Positions 58,751 to 64,000 of a DNA stretch of 64,000 bases are shown here, in pieces. Every line of letters begins with the position of its first letter. The first letter of the stretch is position 1. Under the pieces are notes generated by a model. The model saw only the letters and a list, made by a program, of their open reading frames with translations. It searched no databases and was not told where the DNA came from. The position numbers were made by a program, and so were the translations under genes. This DNA is from Amphiscolops sp. MND2022. Taxonomy: Eukaryota. The stretch lies in contig OZ076415.1 of NCBI GenBank assembly GCA_964187785.1, forward strand, positions 62,310,001 to 62,374,000, read 5' to 3'.

Positions 58751-59998
58751 CCAAATACTAACTAACTGCAATAGCACAAGAATAAAACAATGTAACAAAG
58801 GCATTTTAAAACTGGTACAAATCCGAAATTGCTTTCGGGATCATTCATTCATCATTATATTTAGGGTTAGGTTATAAAACTAGCATCAAACAGACATCAG
58901 TATGATTTACGTATACACTTCGTGACTTGGAATTAGGTCCTGAGTAGTACAGCTTTTATCGTACAAAAACCATGACGTAAGTTTACGAGGATTAGTGCAA
59001 AATTCATCACCATCAATTGACTATAAACTGCAAAAAGGTATTGGCAAGAATTACGAGTACACTCCGTAATATAGTATTTAAGAAGTACTGCAATGGCGTA
59101 GTAAATTAGTATAGGATTCAGGGCGTTACTATTTTGTTCTTCTCATAATCCTTCCTTACAGAGCAGCTGTTTTCCCCTAAGACTTAATCAAGAAATTCCT
59201 TAGCTGATAATGAACCAGGTAAAATTCCCTTAAACTTTCATTCGTTCCATTCTTCCCTAATTATATGTTCTCAAATCACTCCGTAAATGCTTCGTATGTA
59301 TTAAGATTGCTTATAGTAAAGATGTGGACTACAATTTTACAATTCGCCACGTAACTGCTACGTACGTATAAAGATTGCTTATAGCTAGTAGGTCAGAGCG
59401 GACAGAAAGCGAGCGGAACGCGTAGGCGAATTCATTCTTTCTCTCTTATTCTGATTGGCGTTGCTACGGGCAACCGAATTCAATACCGCTCGCGCTAGCT
59501 AAGAATAATCCTGCCGAGAAGGTGACGTTATTGGTCCGCGAAAGTGGAATATCTAATTTTAGCTCAGTAGAGTGACGCTGTCATTACGTTGTAAATCCCC
59601 TCTTAAGTCACTTGATTGCGCCTTAAGTGGGTATTGACAACTACTTTACCACAGAGAACACCAAAACAATTCTGTCTTTTATGTATTTTTCCTTTTAGAT
59701 CGTATGGATTCCGTTGGGATTGCGGGATTTTAAATGTGTTTTATTTTAGTGTGGAACTGAAGAAAAATCCCTGTTGTTAAATGTCTATTTTGGTATTTAG
59801 ATCAGTATGGCAAACTTCAGAAGATTAACCGGATATGAAAAATCTATTAAGCGTGAAATCTTTTAACCGGAAGTTTTAGCTAAAATCCATTTCCCAAAAT
59901 ATTCCGTGACGCATACGTTAGATTCTTATTCTGAAAAATAATCTACGAAATAATCTTAGCTGCACTGTAAGTAGAATTATATTAGTTTAGTCAGTATT

Positions 59999-60859
59999 TT
60001 AATGGTACTTGCAGTATCCTCTTCCTCTGCTTCTTCCTAGGGCGAAACACCATTCACACCCACGACCGGGAGCGGGTCGTGACAGGGCCCCTCTCCTCGC
60101 TAAATACGTTGGTAGGCCGTGGCAATGGGGAATTTCTTTTGTGACTAACACTGAGGGTCGGCTTATGTAGTTTCTCATCGGGTGGGGGCCGCGACCTCTC
60201 CCCGCAGTCATACGGGCAAATCTCTTTTCTTCTTCAAGTTCCCGTACCATGTTTTCGAAGTGCTCCCGTTCTTCTTGAGTGATTTCAGGTGGCTTGGTTG
60301 GTTCATTCAAATCATTCAAGCTTGAGTCTGCTAATTGCGTGCGGGGGGCGTTTATTTTTCTACAGGGCTTGAAAGGAGGCAGGCTTGGCTTCTTTGCTGC
60401 GTTATTTCCTCGCCCTAGGGACCTGAAAAATTGGCGGTCTTCTAAGTCAAGATCGTAGAGGGCCTCTAAGTCGTCTGCGGAGGGTCCGTTTCCTCCCTGG
60501 GCCACGATAGTCCCTCGTTTCCTTTCATTACCCAGCGTGGGGAAATTTTCTTTTTCTTTACTTTGAGGGGGGAGAGTAGGAGTCTCGGGTTCTTCATAGT
60601 AGTCATCAGAGTCGACGTCTTCAGGTAGGGCAAAAGATACTCGTGTTAGCCTTTTCTTTTTCTTGGGTGTCGGTGTTTCTTTCGCTGGCGATTCTGGGCT
60701 TGACTCTAATTCGGCGTCGCTTCCACGGTAAACTTCCGTGGAGGAGTCACTGAGGTCAAGTCTCCCGACCATATTTACCGGTACGGTCTTCAATGGCGTG
60801 CTGTGTCTCATATTTTCTTCATCTGATGAGATGTCAATGACTAGTGAGTATCCTGCCAT
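59999..60859 (-). CDS. Uncharacterised 286-aa largely disordered protein with a C-terminal Cys/His cluster
   Basis: Intronless ORF with AAAATGG start context and AATAAA on - at 59740-59745. Motifs LVIDISSDEE, KKKKR, RVSF, RGRG and CEWC-x11-CKYH. Confidence 0.7.
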   Translation of the reverse strand: MAGYSLVIDISSDEENMRHSTPLKTVPVNMVGRLDLSDSSTEVYRGSDAELESSPESPAKETPTPKKKKRLTRVSFALPEDVDSDDYYEEPETPTLPPQSKEKENFPTLGNERKRGTIVAQGGNGPSADDLEALYDLDLEDRQFFRSLGRGNNAAKKPSLPPFKPCRKINAPRTQLADSSLNDLNEPTKPPEITQEEREHFENMVRELEEEKRFARMTAGRGRGPHPMRNYISRPSVLVTKEIPHCHGLPTYLARRGALSRPAPGRGCEWCFALGRSRGRGYCKYH

Positions 60860-61503
60860 TTTTAAAGCGGTAGAGATTGCGAAGTTTCTTTTAATTTATG
60901 CAGGCGAGATTGTTTATTTGGATTAGTGAAGCGCTGGTCAAGCTTTGTGAAAGTTGAACGACAAATGAACGTTTCACTTTGCTTTCTTTTGTAATTCCCA
61001 ACGAATTCTTATTGGTCGATTTCCGTTTTCGTTCCGGTTCGTCCCGAGTTAAATGAAACGAACTCTTTCTGCTGCGCTGTGATTGGTTTAAATCTTTTAA
61101 GGAAAACTTCTAATTTTAGCTCTCATCCTCTTTTAGATTAATGGCGTAATGACATCTTTGATTTTCATTGTCAAATTACGTCCGTATTTCATGATCTCTT
61201 GATGTTTTTCCATGATTTCCTTTAATAATTCTCAATGAATGTCTATCCACCAGTAGTGTTTTTGGAAACGTTTTGTTTCGTCAGTGCTTATGATAAGCTT
61301 GAGATATGAAGCTATGAATGGTTCCTTTTCCTTTTGAGTGAGAATGATATTAAGTTCCTTTAATTAGATGCGTTCACGTAACGCGTTTTCGTCTTTTTCA
61401 TTTTCCTCTTTAGGATTTCCGTGATAGCTCCGTGTAGTTTCTGTTTTATATTTCTCTTTTTCTTTTAGATTTCCTTGACAATTCGTCTTTCTTCGTGTCT
61501 GGT
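60860..61503. promoter_or_regulatory. Putative bidirectional promoter
   Basis: 644 bp between divergent ATGs, with CCAAT boxes (ATTGG on +) at 61011 and 61082. Confidence 0.4.
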
Positions 61504-63948
61504 ATGATGGATCAAGAAGAGGTAGAACGTGGCACCGCTGTAACTTCTGGTCACATAAGTGGAAATGAGACTGGCTACAATTATTCCGAAGATGACGTAG
61601 TGTCTACGGAGAATGTAGTTGGGTTGTCTACTTCAGGTTGGTAAAATCTTTCTGACTTCCATGGGAATCCGGACCTTAATATTTTTGGTGATCAGCCTTT
61701 TTGGTCCTACCCGTAACTCTGACGCGTCTGAATCCAGATCTTGATTTTCAGTAGCTCAACCTGGTTTTCCTTCCACTTCTCTTGGATTGGTTGTGGGAGA
61801 TCCCTCTCCCGTTTTGCCACCAGCTAGTAGTCTCCTGTCAGTTGCAACTCCTCCTGGCTTTAGGGCTGCGCTTGCCCAGGCAGCTACATCGGCCGTGCCC
61901 GCTGAGTTTCCTCCTACTGAGGATATTGTTACGACTTGTTCTCGTACCCAACTCGATGCTGTGTCTCAAGGAGGTGAGACTGATTCCCCCTCCGAGGAAG
62001 AAACAAGTTAGTAGGTTTTGTCGTTGTCATCTTAATGCGCAGAAAGAAAGATGGCTAGTGATGGGAGTATTGGGTTTGTGTTTTAGGTCCTTCAGTTCGT
62101 CAAAGGCGGTCACAGGTCGTGAGCTTTTCGACACCGCCTAAACGAGCTAAAACGGGCAATACTCCTCCTCCTTCACCATTGACTCCTGCCGAGGGGTGGA
62201 TTAGTTAGTGTATTTTGTATTATCACACTGTTGCACAGGTATTGTTGTGGGGTTCGAAGCTTTTGACGAGTTAAAATAGTGTGATTTTTTGAAATCATCT
62301 ACTTTGCAGGGTTGTCTTGTAGTGTCGTTGTGTTGTAGGTAACGACGAGTTGACGTTGAGTCCGCAGGGTCTGAAATTGATGGGTCAGCAGATTGTGGAA
62401 GAAGTTGACACGCGGACTGCTCGGGCAATTCGAAATAGTGAGTATTTGTTTGTACTATATGTATAGATTAGTTGCAGGGTGGGTTTTTAGGGTATGGTTT
62501 TTCACGATGTCATTCCGTTTGTCGTGTGTTGCAGGTTTCAGTGAGTTGAAAGCGAGGATGGACGCGCAAACTGGCAGTCGCACAAAAGCCAAAAAGTACA
62601 GTCGCAAGAACATGTTGAGCAAACGCATGTTATCGTTGCATCCCGCATATCGTGATTTCGTGAGCGGATCAAAGACAGGGGCCGGGACTCACTTTCATTG
62701 CCTGGTCTGTAAGCGTGATGTGGCCATGGGATCGCAGGGGTCTCGAGAGTTTGCTCGGCATTTCCAGTCTGACAGTCACTGGGACAAGGACGTCGTGTAC
62801 CGGGTTCATATGGGCATGCCCGTGTTGAACAAACTGATGGAGCCCTTGCAGCTAAGTGAAGAGCAGCTTGCTGAATATCGCGCGAAGCCTTTCGTTGAGC
62901 TGGGTACTGGGTACCCGTTTCCTGAAGATCTCCTGCCGAAACACTCCCGCGTGGAATCAAAAATTCCCTTCATGACCTTTGTGGGCTGTCTCTGTGATTT
63001 GTTGCGTTGTGGAGGCGATTTTGCTTTGGTGCGGCAACTCTGGAGTCACTTTTGTGTGTCACTGGACAAGCAGAAGGCTGATTTCACTTTGCATTGGAGT
63101 CGTTCGGAATCCGTGGTAAGTTGTGTGTTTGGTGTGTTTGTCCTCCTGTTCATCGTTTGGAGTTTGAGAGTTCATAATTTCCCGGTTTTATTTGTTGTTT
63201 CCAATAGTGTTCTTCTTTTGGAGTTATTGTGCTCTTCTTCTTTTCTCTTTTCCTTTCCTTTTTCCTCTTTTTTTTCTTTTTTTTTCAGACGTAGGTGTAA
63301 CGAATCATTGTGGCGTTTGTATTTTAGTCGTTTCTCTGTCAGGGGCTTGCTCCTCGAGTTCTCCGTCTAATGGTTAATGGGATAACGACGTTCAAGGACT
63401 ATAGTATTCAGTTCGAGAAAGATCTTTTCGTGGAGCGTTGCTACGTCCTATTTTGGGAAAGTAATCAGTTGAAGAAAGTGTGTGTTGGGAGTGAGCCTAT
63501 TGATCAGCCCGTTCCTGATGCGGAGTTGGTACCCTTGTCCCGCGTGATCCATGTTCTGGAGTCAAAGCATTTGCCGTTGATTGTTCGTGGTGCCAGTCCC
63601 AGTTTGCTGAGTGTGATGGGCAGTAATCGCTCGGATGGTCGCCGTTTTGTTGTGTACCACGAGTTCAATGAGGAGACCTTCATACAGTTCCTGCGTCAAG
63701 CCCATCAGGACATATTTGGGATGGTAGATATTATTACCATCGTGGAGTATTTGATTCATCGGCTCCGGAATGCAGTTTACGAGGAGTGGACGGAGGACAA
63801 GGTTGTGCTGTGCAGATGTCTTCGAAGAGGCTCCGTTGAGTTCTATGAGTATCGCGAGTTATTGACGGACTTGATTAGTCTTTGGCCTTCAATTCGTCCG
63901 TACATCCGTTGCACTGTCAATCCCGAAGCACGTGGGAAATCAGCTACT
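61504..63948 (+). CDS. Multi-exon BED-like zinc finger / hAT-transposase-fold protein, 3'-partial
   Basis: Exons 61504-61636, 61752-62006, 62087-62203, 62339-62437, 62535-63115 and 63343-63948 are GT-AG and open. FHCLVCKRDV...RHFQSDSH; GLAPRV...YSIQFE...CYVLFW...LWPSIRPY. Confidence 0.65.
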
Positions 63949-64000
63949 GTTAGTATTTTTATTGGTTGCTTTGTCGTTTGCATCACGTGTTGTTTGTAGC

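Noticed and set aside
60100-60130. CHGLPT as the missing ASIC HG-motif exon
   Set aside because: No phase-2 GT donor after HGL; it lies inside an unrelated ORF.
62239-62338. Alternative acceptors at 62239 and 62310 (and 63289)
   Set aside because: Each gives an in-frame stop; 62339 and 63343 keep the frame open.

Overview
AT-rich, intron-containing animal genomic DNA; I found no CRISPR array, rRNA or intact tRNA. A non-vertebrate bilaterian such as an acoel is my tentative guess and cannot be verified here. Two host genes converge. (1) On +, the 3' end of a non-muscle myosin II heavy chain gene: a rod-end exon at 265-437, then two phase-compatible alternative tailpieces (4442-4532, or 15059-15263 plus 15709-15849). 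(2) On -, an ASIC-type DEG/ENaC channel with ten coding exons from 57354 to 25094 that splice in frame, a candidate 21-nt microexon and a roughly 180-aa Pro-rich C-tail; its first exon (HG motif) is not in the window. The rest is a dense transposon landscape: about 11 non-autonomous Helentron-like (HINE) elements, several MITE and foldback families, two hAT-type MITEs with 8-bp TSDs, tRNA-derived SINEs, a truncated Ty3/Gypsy element, a decayed LINE and a 172-bp satellite. The most unusual items are a GC-richer divergent two-gene cassette apparently nested in the ASIC intron (a six-exon BED-finger/hAT-fold gene lacking the first catalytic Asp, head-to-head with a SIM/NLS/RVxF/RG/Cys-His ORF), twin spacerless palindromes centred on CATATG, and several inverted-repeat arrangements close to splice sites. 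All coordinates and translations were worked out by hand.
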